Source of the DNA: Candidatus Delongbacteria bacterium
GTDB lineage: Bacteria; CAIWAD01
Reading direction: 5' to 3'
Length of the DNA: 64,000 nt
Assembly: GCA_963663545.1 (NCBI GenBank)
Contig: OY760505.1
Location: 2,336,001 to 2,400,000 of the forward strand
In this document: positions 19,384-28,930 of the stretch, piece after piece
How the letters are laid out: the number at the start of each line of letters is the position of its first letter
How positions within the stretch are numbered: position 1 is the first letter of the stretch
Notes under the pieces: generated by a model
Databases searched by the model: none
Told to the model about the DNA's origin: nothing
The model's input: only the letters and a program-made list of their open reading frames with translations
Made by a program: the position numbers and the translations under genes

Positions 19384-20431
19384 CCCGCGCAAGATATTGT
19401 GCAACCTGCCTTGGGCTCTCATGAGCGGATTGCGCAACTGGTGCTACGATAGAGGCTTTTTGTCATCAGTGCCAGCACCGGTTCCCGTTGTTTGCATTGG
19501 AAACATTAGCGTGGGCGGCAGTGGCAAAACTCCGCTAGTGATACATCTTGCCCGCGAACTCCTCGCCGGACGCGTGCCGGAAATCGTCGCATCGGTGATA
19601 CACAAGCCTGCTAAACCCGGTGTTCTGCTGCGTGGTTACGGAAGACAGAGTCGGGGATACGTACTTGTATCACGAGGTGATGACACCCTGGTCGATGTTT
19701 ACACATCCGGCGATGAAGCGCGACTGCTGGCAAAATCCTGCAAAGGTGTTCCCGTAGCTGTTTGCGAAGACCGAGTCGAAGGAGTGCGGCAACTTGCTGC
19801 ATTGGGTGTTGACCTTGTTTTGCTGGACGACGGCTTTCAACACCGGCGGCTTAAACGTGATCTGGATCTGCTGGTTTGGGATTGCCGCTTCGATCCTGAA
19901 AAGGAATGCCTTCTGCCCATTGGCCGATTGCGCGAATCGCCTTTGGCTGCAGCTCGTGCCAGTGCCTTGATCTTCAGTAGACCACGATCCTTGAAGGAAC
20001 TGGATGCACGCCGTCGCTGGTTCGGCGCTCATGCAAAGACAAGACATCTAGCGCAATGGTCAATGGAGCACCGTACAACAGATCTTCGCCCTGCAGCGGG
20101 CTCCAGCGCAGAACTGCTCGCCGAAGGCGCGCGCTACGGCTTGTTCTGCGGTCTTGGCAATCCGCAGCAATTCTTCCGCATGCAGGAGCAGAAGCTGGGG
20201 GTGTCGCAAACCAGTCGCGCCTGGCCCGATCATCACTGGTACACAATGGCGGATCTCCAATGGTTGCGTGATACGCTGGCTGCTCAAAGGCTTGATGCCT
20301 GGATCACCACCGCCAAGGACGCCGTGCGGCTGCCGGTGAATCACGGGCTGCCGTTATTGATAGCCGATCTACAGATCTCTCTCGTACCTCTCGGGTCTGG
20401 AACGGGAGCCTCTACCAACACTACATTGTGA
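19376..20431 (+). CDS. lpxK: Tetraacyldisaccharide 4'-kinase
   Basis: GNISVGGSGKTP, RGYG, GDE, LDDGFQH, LPIGRLRE, PDHH, TTAKDAVR. Start re-called to ATG 19376. Confidence 0.93.
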   Translation: MADPRKILCNLPWALMSGLRNWCYDRGFLSSVPAPVPVVCIGNISVGGSGKTPLVIHLARELLAGRVPEIVASVIHKPAKPGVLLRGYGRQSRGYVLVSRGDDTLVDVYTSGDEARLLAKSCKGVPVAVCEDRVEGVRQLAALGVDLVLLDDGFQHRRLKRDLDLLVWDCRFDPEKECLLPIGRLRESPLAAARASALIFSRPRSLKELDARRRWFGAHAKTRHLAQWSMEHRTTDLRPAAGSSAELLAEGARYGLFCGLGNPQQFFRMQEQKLGVSQTSRAWPDHHWYTMADLQWLRDTLAAQRLDAWITTAKDAVRLPVNHGLPLLIADLQISLVPLGSGTGASTNTTL

Positions 20432-20434
20432 TCC

Positions 20435-22111
20435 ATGTCGCATAACACAAAATCCCTTCCGCCGGAGCAGGTGGATTATCTGGTCATTGGCAGCGGAATT
20501 GCCGGACTGAGTTTTGCGTTGGACGTGGCCGATTCCGGCAGTGTATTGCTGCTGACCAAGTCCAGTCTGGACAACACGGCTACACGCCGCGCACAGGGCG
20601 GTATTGCTTCTGTGCTGGCGCGCGACGATACCTTTGAACAGCACGAGCGTGATACACTCAAGGCAGGTGGCGATCTGTGTCACATGGACGCGGTCCGTAC
20701 CATTGTCGAAGAAGGTCCGGCCAGCATCGACTGGCTTGTAGAAAAGGGCACTCGTTTTACTCGACTACCCGGCGGCTTCTTTGACCTGGGGCGCGAAGGC
20801 GGCCACACACGCAATCGCATTGTTCATTTCGATGATCTGACAGGAGCCGAGATCGAGCGTGCGTTGCTGGACCGTGTTCGTGAGCATCCCAATATTCAGA
20901 CCCTGGAGCACTGGGTGGCTGTTGATCTGATCACCAGTCATCATTTGCCGCCGAGTCACCGGCAGGATGGCGGCCCCTGCTTTGGCGTTTACGCTATGGC
21001 GCAGGACGATGTGCACGAGGGCAGTGTCTGTCGCATTCTCGCGCGTATCACAGTGCTGGCAACAGGCGGTGCAGGGCAAGTATACCTGCATACCTCAAAT
21101 CCGGATGTCGCGACCGGCGACGGTGTTGCACTTGTCTACCGGGCTGGTGGTGCGCTAGCCAATCTGGAGTTTTTCCAGTTCCATCCTACCACTTTGTATC
21201 ACCCGGAAGCGCACAACATGCTGATCACTGAAGCCCTGCGAGGCCACGGCGCAAAGCTTGTGACACGCGAGGGTAAATCGGTGATGGAGGGCCTGCATCC
21301 CATGGGGGAGCTGGCGCCACGCGATATTGTAGCACGGGGAATTGACGCCTACCTGAAGCGGAGCGGCGAAGAATGCGTGTATTTGGATGCCACGCATCTG
21401 GATTCAAAAGAGCTTGTGCAACGTTTCCCGAACATCGCACGCAATTGCGCCAAGTTGGGGATCGACATTCGCAGCCAGCGCATTCCCGTCGTCCCGGCCG
21501 CGCACTATATGTGTGGCGGCGTTTACAGTGACCTGGATGGGCGGACAACGCTGACTGGCCTCTATGCGGTTGGCGAAGTCGCCTGGACCGGCGTGCACGG
21601 TGCAAATCGTCTCGCTTCCAACAGCCTGCTCGAGGCGGTCGTCTTTGCCCGGCGAGCGGCGGCTAGTGCGAAGCAGGAGTTGCCTGCGCGCAGCATGCCC
21701 GAGGAGCTGATTCCCCAGTGGGACATGGGCACAACGGATTTTGACGATTGGGTGCTCATCGAGCACGATCGCGAAGAGATACGTCGCCTGATGTGGGACT
21801 ACGTCGGCATTGTGCGCTCGGGCACGCGTTTGCGACGCGCACGTTCACGCATGCTATTGATAGCACGTGAGATCGAGGACTTCTACCGTCGCGCGCTCCT
21901 GCGCCCTGAGCTAGTGGAGTTGCGCAATCTGGTGGCGGTGGCCAACCTTATCATCAAAAGCGCACTCTTTCGCGAGGAATCCCGTGGCCTGCACTACCGC
22001 ACGGATTTTCCCGAGCGCGATGATGAGAACTGGTTCCGTGATACCATCATTCGCCGTTCGCAACCGGAGGCGGCCCAGATCGACAATCCGGGAATGCGTC
22101 CGACAGAGTAG
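20435..22111 (+). CDS. nadB: L-aspartate oxidase
   Basis: GSGIAG, AQGGIA, REGGH, QFHPT, ITEALRG, ELAPRD, HYMCGG, HGANRLASNSLLE, ESRGLH. Confidence 0.96.
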   Translation: MSHNTKSLPPEQVDYLVIGSGIAGLSFALDVADSGSVLLLTKSSLDNTATRRAQGGIASVLARDDTFEQHERDTLKAGGDLCHMDAVRTIVEEGPASIDWLVEKGTRFTRLPGGFFDLGREGGHTRNRIVHFDDLTGAEIERALLDRVREHPNIQTLEHWVAVDLITSHHLPPSHRQDGGPCFGVYAMAQDDVHEGSVCRILARITVLATGGAGQVYLHTSNPDVATGDGVALVYRAGGALANLEFFQFHPTTLYHPEAHNMLITEALRGHGAKLVTREGKSVMEGLHPMGELAPRDIVARGIDAYLKRSGEECVYLDATHLDSKELVQRFPNIARNCAKLGIDIRSQRIPVVPAAHYMCGGVYSDLDGRTTLTGLYAVGEVAWTGVHGANRLASNSLLEAVVFARRAAASAKQELPARSMPEELIPQWDMGTTDFDDWVLIEHDREEIRRLMWDYVGIVRSGTRLRRARSRMLLIAREIEDFYRRALLRPELVELRNLVAVANLIIKSALFREESRGLHYRTDFPERDDENWFRDTIIRRSQPEAAQIDNPGMRPTE

Positions 22112-22318
22112 CAGCACCCCCTTTTTCTTCCCTGAAGATCGTTCGCGTCGCTGTCAAGAGGGACGGAGAGATCGCTCCGTCAAGCTCATCGCCAACGGCA
22201 ATTCTTGCCCCATAAGGGACTGAGCCTGCAGGACGCCCTTTCCGCCCGACTACCTCGCTTTAGAACTTCAGAACTTACAAGCTCCTGAAAATCAGGAGTT
22301 TGATCTTTCACTTCGAGC

Positions 22319-22333
22319 TGGCATTGCTCTTGC
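22319..22333 (+). promoter_or_regulatory. Putative sigma54 (-24/-12) promoter of the glycosylation cluster
   Basis: TGGCAT-TGCTC-TTGC with exact GG-N10-GC spacing, 36 nt upstream of the first ATG. Confidence 0.65.
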
Positions 22334-22369
22334 CATAGCCCCCTCGTCAGCCACATCCAGGAGTGTGAG

Positions 22370-22735
22370 ATGAGAATCGAAAAGAGCAAGACTTCCCTGA
22401 AGGACAAGAAGGCCCTCTTCGTGCTCGGCGTCGGGTTGGGCTACCAGGTTCGTGCACTCAAACAGCGCGTGGGCCCGGAAACCAAGATCTACGCTATTGA
22501 GCGCTATGAGGACGTTTACCGCAAAGCTGCCGAGACGCAGCACTGGGAAAGCGAAGACGTGGACGGTGTTGAGTTCTGGATCGGCGAGGATGTCGAAGAA
22601 GTCCTGGCCCATCTGGATATGGTCACCGCCGAGATGGCCTCGGAGGAGTGGGACATCGTTACCAACCGTCCATCCATTCGTTTGGACCCCGAGTATTACA
22701 AACGTGTGATACGTGAGCGCGGAATCAACGAGTAG
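22370..22735 (+). CDS. Small protein resembling the Maf (motility-associated factor) N-terminal Rossmann-like domain
   Basis: FVLGVGLGY...IYAIE motif, with related GxGLG[Y/H] segments in the N-termini of 35845 and 39300; AGGAG RBS. Confidence 0.6.
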   Translation: MRIEKSKTSLKDKKALFVLGVGLGYQVRALKQRVGPETKIYAIERYEDVYRKAAETQHWESEDVDGVEFWIGEDVEEVLAHLDMVTAEMASEEWDIVTNRPSIRLDPEYYKRVIRERGINE

Positions 22736-22748
22736 CCCTGGATCGATT

Positions 22749-23774
22749 ATGAGTGTGTTACAACCGGTGCGGCGTCGCATTGTCCTGCTGGCCGATGGCA
22801 TGTGGGGCGTGCGTGCGCTTGAACATCTGCTCTTGCATCACGAAGTCGTGCTTCTGTGCGGACGGATTCAACCGACCTGTCGCGAGCTGGAAGATCTGGC
22901 GCGACAGCGTGGCCTTGATCTTCAAGTGCCGGATAACATCAACTCAACGCACTGGTTGTCCGTGATACAAGGACGGCGTGCAGATCTGATTCTGTCGGTT
23001 TCCTACGACCAGATTTTCCGCTCACGCTTTCTGCGTGATGCAGGCGCTCCCATCATCAATGTGCACGCTGGAAATCCCGAGAGATATCGTGGGCGTGCCA
23101 TTCTATGCTGGCAACTCCTGGAGGGAGCGCGCGAGGCTGATCTGTGTGCGGTTCGGGTGGGCGCAGGAATCGACGAGGGTCAGGTACTGGTGCAAAAGAG
23201 TGTTTCGCTTTCAGGTGATGAGACCTATGGCGAGGCGCTCGATCTAGTGTGCGACGCCATTCCCGGCTTGCTCGACGAGGTGCTGGAACAACTTCCTTGG
23301 TTGAATTCTTTCTCTTGTGATACAGAGCTGGGCGAAGAAGTGCGTCCTGTCTACTATCCGCGCCGTCGTGCCGGTGATGAATGGCTGGACTGGGAGCGCA
23401 GTTCTGCCGAGCTTCTGCGTCAAATCCGAGCCCTTGCCCCGCCAAATCCCTGTGCTGCAACAACGCTTGAGGACGAGGAAATCCGCATCGGATTGGCCTC
23501 TGCCTGTGATGGCTTTCCCCCTGCTGCGGGAATTCCGGGATCGGTTGTGGGCATGGATTCACAACTTGGGCTACTGGTGAAAACCGGTGACACAGCACTG
23601 TGGATTCGTGGCCTGCGGACTAGTGCTGGTGAAGCGCTGGATCACACCACCTTTCACTTGTCAAGTCGCTTCGGATTCCAGAAACACGCTGAACTCAATC
23701 GGCTGCGGCGAAGAGTCTTTGATATTGAACGTCGCTTGAATGCCCTTGTCGAGAGTCGGGAGGCGGAAGCGTGA
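22749..23774 (+). CDS. Formyltransferase (Fmt/ArnA-like; probable sugar N-formyltransferase)
   Basis: SVSYDQIF, INVHAG...YRG, GIDEG, C-terminal LDW...IRALAPP domain. Start ATG 22749. Confidence 0.85.
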   Translation: MSVLQPVRRRIVLLADGMWGVRALEHLLLHHEVVLLCGRIQPTCRELEDLARQRGLDLQVPDNINSTHWLSVIQGRRADLILSVSYDQIFRSRFLRDAGAPIINVHAGNPERYRGRAILCWQLLEGAREADLCAVRVGAGIDEGQVLVQKSVSLSGDETYGEALDLVCDAIPGLLDEVLEQLPWLNSFSCDTELGEEVRPVYYPRRRAGDEWLDWERSSAELLRQIRALAPPNPCAATTLEDEEIRIGLASACDGFPPAAGIPGSVVGMDSQLGLLVKTGDTALWIRGLRTSAGEALDHTTFHLSSRFGFQKHAELNRLRRRVFDIERRLNALVESREAEA

Positions 23775-24448
23775 GGCTGCATGCGCTGATTCCTGCGCGC
23801 GCCGGATCGCGCCGCTTGCCGGGCAAGAACATGCGGTTCTTTGCCGGTCGGCGCTTGATCGATTGGACCCTCGCGGCGGCCAGCGAGAGCGGCTGCTGTG
23901 AACGCATCTGCGTAAGCACTGACGATCCGCTCATTTTGTCTCACGCCATCGAAAGCGGCTGTGACCCAATGCCATTGCGCCCGGCAGAATTGGCCAGTGA
24001 CAGCGCGAGTTCCTTGGCTGTTGTGCTGCATTATCTGCGTTGGCTGCAAAGCGAATCTGTGCCGGTACCGGATCGGCTTCTCCTGCTGCAACCTACCTCA
24101 CCCTTGCGTGATGCAAGTCAAATCCGGGACGCCGTCAACTATGCCGCGAAGTGCGGTAACACAGAGCTGGTGTCTGTGACACAACCTACCAAACCTTTGA
24201 GTTGGCTGAGGCGAGTTCACGCAGACACTCTTGGAGATTCCCCCTTCATAGACGAGGGCGAGGTTGTGCTGCTCAACGGCGCAATTTACCTGCTGGATTG
24301 CGCCCGCGTATTGAGCGAAGAACGCCTACTGGGTCCAAGTCCGCTTGCCTGGCGGATGCCCAGAGAGGTAAGTGTGGACATCGACGACCGGATGGACTGG
24401 GTGCTGGCCGAAGCGCTGGCCCGTGATCCGGGGGAGGAAGCCGCATGA
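23771..24448 (+). CDS. neuA: CMP-nonulosonic acid synthetase (NeuA/LegF)
   Basis: IPARAGSRRLPGKN, VSTD, LQPTSPLR, NGAIY, SVDID. Confidence 0.92.
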   Translation: MRLHALIPARAGSRRLPGKNMRFFAGRRLIDWTLAAASESGCCERICVSTDDPLILSHAIESGCDPMPLRPAELASDSASSLAVVLHYLRWLQSESVPVPDRLLLLQPTSPLRDASQIRDAVNYAAKCGNTELVSVTQPTKPLSWLRRVHADTLGDSPFIDEGEVVLLNGAIYLLDCARVLSEERLLGPSPLAWRMPREVSVDIDDRMDWVLAEALARDPGEEAA

Positions 24449-25503
24449 AGAAGAGCATCAATCACTTGCTCGCTGAGGGGGGGCGCCCGTGGATCATCGC
24501 CGAGATTGGCGTGAATCACGACGGTCAACTTTCGCGTGCTATTGATCTGATCGCGCAAGCTGCAATCGCTGGAGCGGACGCCGTCAAGTTTCAAGCCTTT
24601 GACGCAGATCGTCTGGCTGGTGAAGAGGCGCCTCTTGCTGACTACCAGATCAGCAATATGGGATCAGGTACGAGCCAGCGTGAAATGCTGCGTAGACTGC
24701 AGTTTGGCATGGTGGAGTTGGCCGCTTGCCGTGCTGAGGCGGAGCGCTTGGGCTTGGCTTTCGGCTGCACGCCCTTTGACTTGACCAGTCTGGAAATGCT
24801 GGACCGTCTACAAGTGGACTTTATCAAGATCGGCTCTGGTGATGCAAACAACCTCGCCTTGATCGAGGCTGCTCGTGACACAGAGCGTCCCGTGGTCATT
24901 TCCACGGGAATGTGCGAGGCCAGCGAGGTGGATGAAATCGTACGCCGGTTTCAACGGAGTCCGGATCAGCTGGCGCTGCTGCATTGTGTATCAGCTTATC
25001 CTGCGCCGGAAAATGAGTGCAATATCCGCGTGCTCGATTGGCTGCGTACGCGATCGCCGTGGATCGGATTCTCGGATCACACCAATACACGACTGGCCTC
25101 AATCGCTGCTGTATCACGAGGTGCAATGATGATCGAGAAGCACCTGACCTGGAGCCGTGATGCCAGCGGTCCTGATCATGCTTGCAGTTGTGAGCCTTCT
25201 CAGTTTGCCGACTTCGTTGGCCTGCTCAGGCGGCTACCGGCTATTCTGGGCGATGGGCGCAAGCGCTCGATGCCAAGCGAAGAGAACGTGCGTCGTGTAG
25301 CACGAAAATCCGTGGTACTGGTACGCGATCTTCCCGCTGGTCATGTCATCGAAGAACGAGACTTGATGCTGACTAGGCCAGGTACGGGACTGCCACCTGT
25401 TCAATTGGGCCTGGTGGCCGGTCAGCGTTTGCGTCACAACATGCCTGCGGGCAGCCTGTTGCGCACCGAGGACCTGGATCATAGCGGGAGAAGCAGGGCA
25501 TGA
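24445..25503 (+). CDS. neuB: Nonulosonic acid synthase (NeuB/LegI)
   Basis: IAEIGVNHDG, AVKFQ, KIGSG, LHCVSAYP, GFSDHT, IEKH, C-terminal SAF domain. Confidence 0.93.
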   Translation: MKKSINHLLAEGGRPWIIAEIGVNHDGQLSRAIDLIAQAAIAGADAVKFQAFDADRLAGEEAPLADYQISNMGSGTSQREMLRRLQFGMVELAACRAEAERLGLAFGCTPFDLTSLEMLDRLQVDFIKIGSGDANNLALIEAARDTERPVVISTGMCEASEVDEIVRRFQRSPDQLALLHCVSAYPAPENECNIRVLDWLRTRSPWIGFSDHTNTRLASIAAVSRGAMMIEKHLTWSRDASGPDHACSCEPSQFADFVGLLRRLPAILGDGRKRSMPSEENVRRVARKSVVLVRDLPAGHVIEERDLMLTRPGTGLPPVQLGLVAGQRLRHNMPAGSLLRTEDLDHSGRSRA

Positions 25504-26669
25504 AGATCCTGGCGGTGACAGGCAGCAGATCGGACTTCGATTTGCTGGAACCCGTATTGCGCCTGCTGGAGCAAAGTGACCGTCACGATTTGACGGTCTT
25601 TGCGGGCTGCGCACATCTAGCGTCACGCTGGGGTGGAACCGTGTCACACATTCAGGGCTTCCGTCATGTGTTGAAGCGTCCAAGTCTGATTGATTGGGAC
25701 ACGCCTGAAGCTCGGTTGAAGAGCATGGGATTGCAGCTGATTGCATTGGCCCAGGACATCGGCGAGCTTCAACCCGATCTAGTGCTTGTGCTCGGTGATC
25801 GCGAAGATGCCCTGTTAGGAGCAACTGCTGCGCAGTATTCCTGGGTACCGGTGGCGCACATCTTTGGTGGTGATACAGGTTATCAAACTGTTGATGACTG
25901 CGTAAGACACGCCATCAGCCGCTTGTCAGCGCTGCACTTTGCCGCCTCGCACCAGAGCGCAAAGCGTCTTGTGGAAATGGGTGAGGAAGAGTGGCGCGTC
26001 CATTTCGCTGGTAACCCCGCTCTGGACCGCATTGTAACACATCGCTCGTGGAGAGCTGAGGAACTAGCCGATCGCTTCGGTATCAATCCAATGCGACCGG
26101 CGGTGCTGGTATGTCAGCACCCTGTGAGTCCTGATCCAGAAGAGAACGCACGGGAATTGAAACTCATTCTGCAGGCGCTGACCGCTTTCGACGTTGAGAT
26201 TCTGCTGAACACGCCCAACAGCGATCCGGGAAGTTCTGGCGCATTGAGTATCACAGCCGAAGCAGCAGGCGTTCACCTACTGAAGAACCTTCCGCAGCGA
26301 GATTGGGTGGCGCTCTTGAAGCACATCTCGCTGATGGTCGGCAACAGCAGTGCCGGTTTACTCGAATCAGCTTTTCTGGGTATTCCCGCAATCAATGTGG
26401 GTGCGCGTCAGCTCGGACGCGAGCACGCGGGGAATGTCGAGTTCGTTTCTGCCAAGGCAGATGAAATAGCACGAGCCATACAACGCGCGCTGGGCGATAA
26501 GAGCTACCGCGAAGAGGTCCGTCAGCTTGGATGTCCATTCGGCGACGGGCACGCGGCGGAACGTGTTCTGAAAGTGCTGGATGAGCTTGACCCGACGACA
26601 CTGTTACCTAAGCGACACCGGGACTATGTGTCACAAACTCATGGGGAGGGTGATGCGACGGCAGCTTGA
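25500..26669 (+). CDS. neuC: Hydrolysing NDP-sugar 2-epimerase (NeuC/LegG)
   Basis: TGSRSD, LGDRE, HIFGGD, RHAIS, MGEEEWR, GNSSAG, RQLGR, FGDG. Confidence 0.9.
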   Translation: MKILAVTGSRSDFDLLEPVLRLLEQSDRHDLTVFAGCAHLASRWGGTVSHIQGFRHVLKRPSLIDWDTPEARLKSMGLQLIALAQDIGELQPDLVLVLGDREDALLGATAAQYSWVPVAHIFGGDTGYQTVDDCVRHAISRLSALHFAASHQSAKRLVEMGEEEWRVHFAGNPALDRIVTHRSWRAEELADRFGINPMRPAVLVCQHPVSPDPEENARELKLILQALTAFDVEILLNTPNSDPGSSGALSITAEAAGVHLLKNLPQRDWVALLKHISLMVGNSSAGLLESAFLGIPAINVGARQLGREHAGNVEFVSAKADEIARAIQRALGDKSYREEVRQLGCPFGDGHAAERVLKVLDELDPTTLLPKRHRDYVSQTHGEGDATAA

Positions 26670-27762
26670 ACCCACCCATCTGATTCCGGCGCGAGCAACA
26701 CTTCGGCGCGCTGTGATACAGATCGATCGCAATCGTTGCGGCGCGGTGTGTGTCGTAGACGATCAAGATCACTTGCTAGGCATTCTAACCGATGGCGATA
26801 TCCGTCGCCAGGTGCTTCGGCAAGCGGACCTGGACAAGACACGTGTCGAAGATGTGATGCAGCGCAGACCGGTAACCGCCACCGAGGATTTCAGCCTCGC
26901 TCAGTTGCGGCATCTGATGAAGGCGCGCAGCATCCAGCAGATTCCCATCGTGGATCACGAAAACAGGATACTTGGGTTGTCATTGGCTGCGGACCTTGTG
27001 GCGGGGCCAGCACGAGGCAAGCGCGCCGTCGTCATGGCCGGAGGACGCGGAGTGCGTCTACGTCCGCTGACCCTGGAAAGGCCAAAACCCTTGTTGCCTG
27101 TTGGCGGGCGACCGCTCATTGAATTGATCATTGAGCGCATGGTCGCAAGTGGATTCACCGACATCGTTGTGACTACCGGCTACCGTAGCCGCATGATCGA
27201 GGATCATTTGCAGGATGGTAGTCACCTGGGTGCTTCCATCCGCTATCTGCAGGAAGAAGCACCGCGAGGTACAGCGGGAAGCCTTGCGGCACTTCCGGAA
27301 GACATGGTGGGAGATTTGCTGGTAATGAATGGCGATATCCTCACCACCCTTGAATTCAACGGGCTTTTGGATAGCCACCAAGCAGGCGGCTCCGATCTGA
27401 CGCTCGCTGTTCGTGAAGTCGAGCAGCACGTTGATTACGGTGTAGTACAAACGCAGGACGAATGGATCACGCGCATCGATGAGAAACCCCGCCGCACGAT
27501 GTTGGTGAACGCGGGCATCTATATCGTCGGGCCAAGGGCTCGTGCACTGGTTCCAGGGTCGGGGCGATTTGACATGACTGAATTAGTACGCTATTCGCTT
27601 GGGGAGCGGCTGCGTGTGCGCTCTTTCCCCCTGCGAGAATACTGGCTGGACATCGGCCGCATGGATGATTATGAACGAGCCAATCGCGATCTGGCTGACC
27701 AGAAGACGACGGGTATCGCCAAGGATATGGACCGGCAGCAGCCGGAAAGAGCACAGGTGTGA
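26653..27762 (+). CDS. ptmE: CBS-domain nucleotidyltransferase (PtmE-like)
   Basis: CBS pair (GILTDGDIRR) plus MAGGRGVRLRPLT...PKPLL, GTAGSL, NGD, WLDIGR. Confidence 0.8.
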   Translation: MRRQLEPTHLIPARATLRRAVIQIDRNRCGAVCVVDDQDHLLGILTDGDIRRQVLRQADLDKTRVEDVMQRRPVTATEDFSLAQLRHLMKARSIQQIPIVDHENRILGLSLAADLVAGPARGKRAVVMAGGRGVRLRPLTLERPKPLLPVGGRPLIELIIERMVASGFTDIVVTTGYRSRMIEDHLQDGSHLGASIRYLQEEAPRGTAGSLAALPEDMVGDLLVMNGDILTTLEFNGLLDSHQAGGSDLTLAVREVEQHVDYGVVQTQDEWITRIDEKPRRTMLVNAGIYIVGPRARALVPGSGRFDMTELVRYSLGERLRVRSFPLREYWLDIGRMDDYERANRDLADQKTTGIAKDMDRQQPERAQV

Positions 27763-27766
27763 CAAC

Positions 27767-28930
27767 ATGATCAGGCTTAGTGAGCCGACCCTGTTGGGCA
27801 GGGAAATGCAGTATCTGGAAGAGTGCATTCAGAGTGGCTGGGTATCTGCCGAAGGCGGGTTCGTGCGCCGGCTCGAAGAAGAACTCGCTTCGTATCACGG
27901 ACGAGGAATGCTTGCGACGGCTACCAGTAGCGGAACTGCCGCTTTGCAGCTGGCGCTTCTCACAATGGGGCTGCGTCCGGGGGAGCTGGTAGTCGTTCCC
28001 GCCCTCAGCTTTCTGGCAACGGTAAATCCCGTGATACACATGGGTGGTGAGCCCGTAATTCTGGACGTCGAACCCGACAGTTTGGGTTTGTCGCCGGAAG
28101 CGCTACTTGATTACATCCGACGTGATACAATCCAGCGTGGTGGAGCTGTTTTTGACCGCACAACAGGCCGCCGCGTCTTCGGTGTCATAGCGGTGCACAT
28201 TTACGGCATTCCTTGTCGCATTGAAGAGCTGCGCAGTATCACGCGCGACTATGGGCTTGTACTGATCGAAGATAATGCAGAGGCGCTTGGTGCCACGGTG
28301 GGAACTACACCGACCGGTGGATTTGGTGATGCATCCATTATCTCTTTCAATGGAAACAAGGCGATCACTGGTGGTGGCGGCGGTATGTTGCTCTCGCGTC
28401 ATACGGGTGTTGTTACCGATGCTGCCTGCTGGGCGAATCACTGTCGGCCCAGCAGTGCCAGTGAACCAGAAGACTATGGCTTCAACCTGCGAATGAGCAA
28501 TCTCCAAGCTGCGGTTGCCTTGGCTCAGTTTGAGCAACGCGATCGGATTTTCGCAACACGCAGGCAACACCACGCCCACTACCGGCTCAAGCTGGAGCAA
28601 CAGGGATTACGTTTGCTGGAGGGATATCAGCAGGACAATGCCAGCTACTGGTTGCACGCAGTAATCTTCGATCAGCTTGTCAATCTGGATGCGTTGCGAA
28701 ATGAATTGGAACGGCGTGGCGTGCAGAGTCGACGCATGTTCAGACCGTTCCACAGAACACAAATCTACTCGCGCTTCAGTCGTGGAGAATGCCCCATTGC
28801 GGATCACGCCTATCAGAGTGTGCTTGCGCTACCCTCAAGCTCGCACTTGAAACTTGCCGACTTGGATGCAGTGTGTGACACGTTGAAGGGCGCACTGGAG
28901 ACGGCAGAAGTGCAGAAGGTTAGCGCATGA
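27767..28930 (+). CDS. legC: DegT/DnrJ PLP aminotransferase (LegC-like)
   Basis: SGWVS, SSGTAAL, EDNAEALG, SFNGNKAITGGGGG, FNLRMSN, LPSS. Start ATG 27767. Confidence 0.8.
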   Translation: MIRLSEPTLLGREMQYLEECIQSGWVSAEGGFVRRLEEELASYHGRGMLATATSSGTAALQLALLTMGLRPGELVVVPALSFLATVNPVIHMGGEPVILDVEPDSLGLSPEALLDYIRRDTIQRGGAVFDRTTGRRVFGVIAVHIYGIPCRIEELRSITRDYGLVLIEDNAEALGATVGTTPTGGFGDASIISFNGNKAITGGGGGMLLSRHTGVVTDAACWANHCRPSSASEPEDYGFNLRMSNLQAAVALAQFEQRDRIFATRRQHHAHYRLKLEQQGLRLLEGYQQDNASYWLHAVIFDQLVNLDALRNELERRGVQSRRMFRPFHRTQIYSRFSRGECPIADHAYQSVLALPSSSHLKLADLDAVCDTLKGALETAEVQKVSA

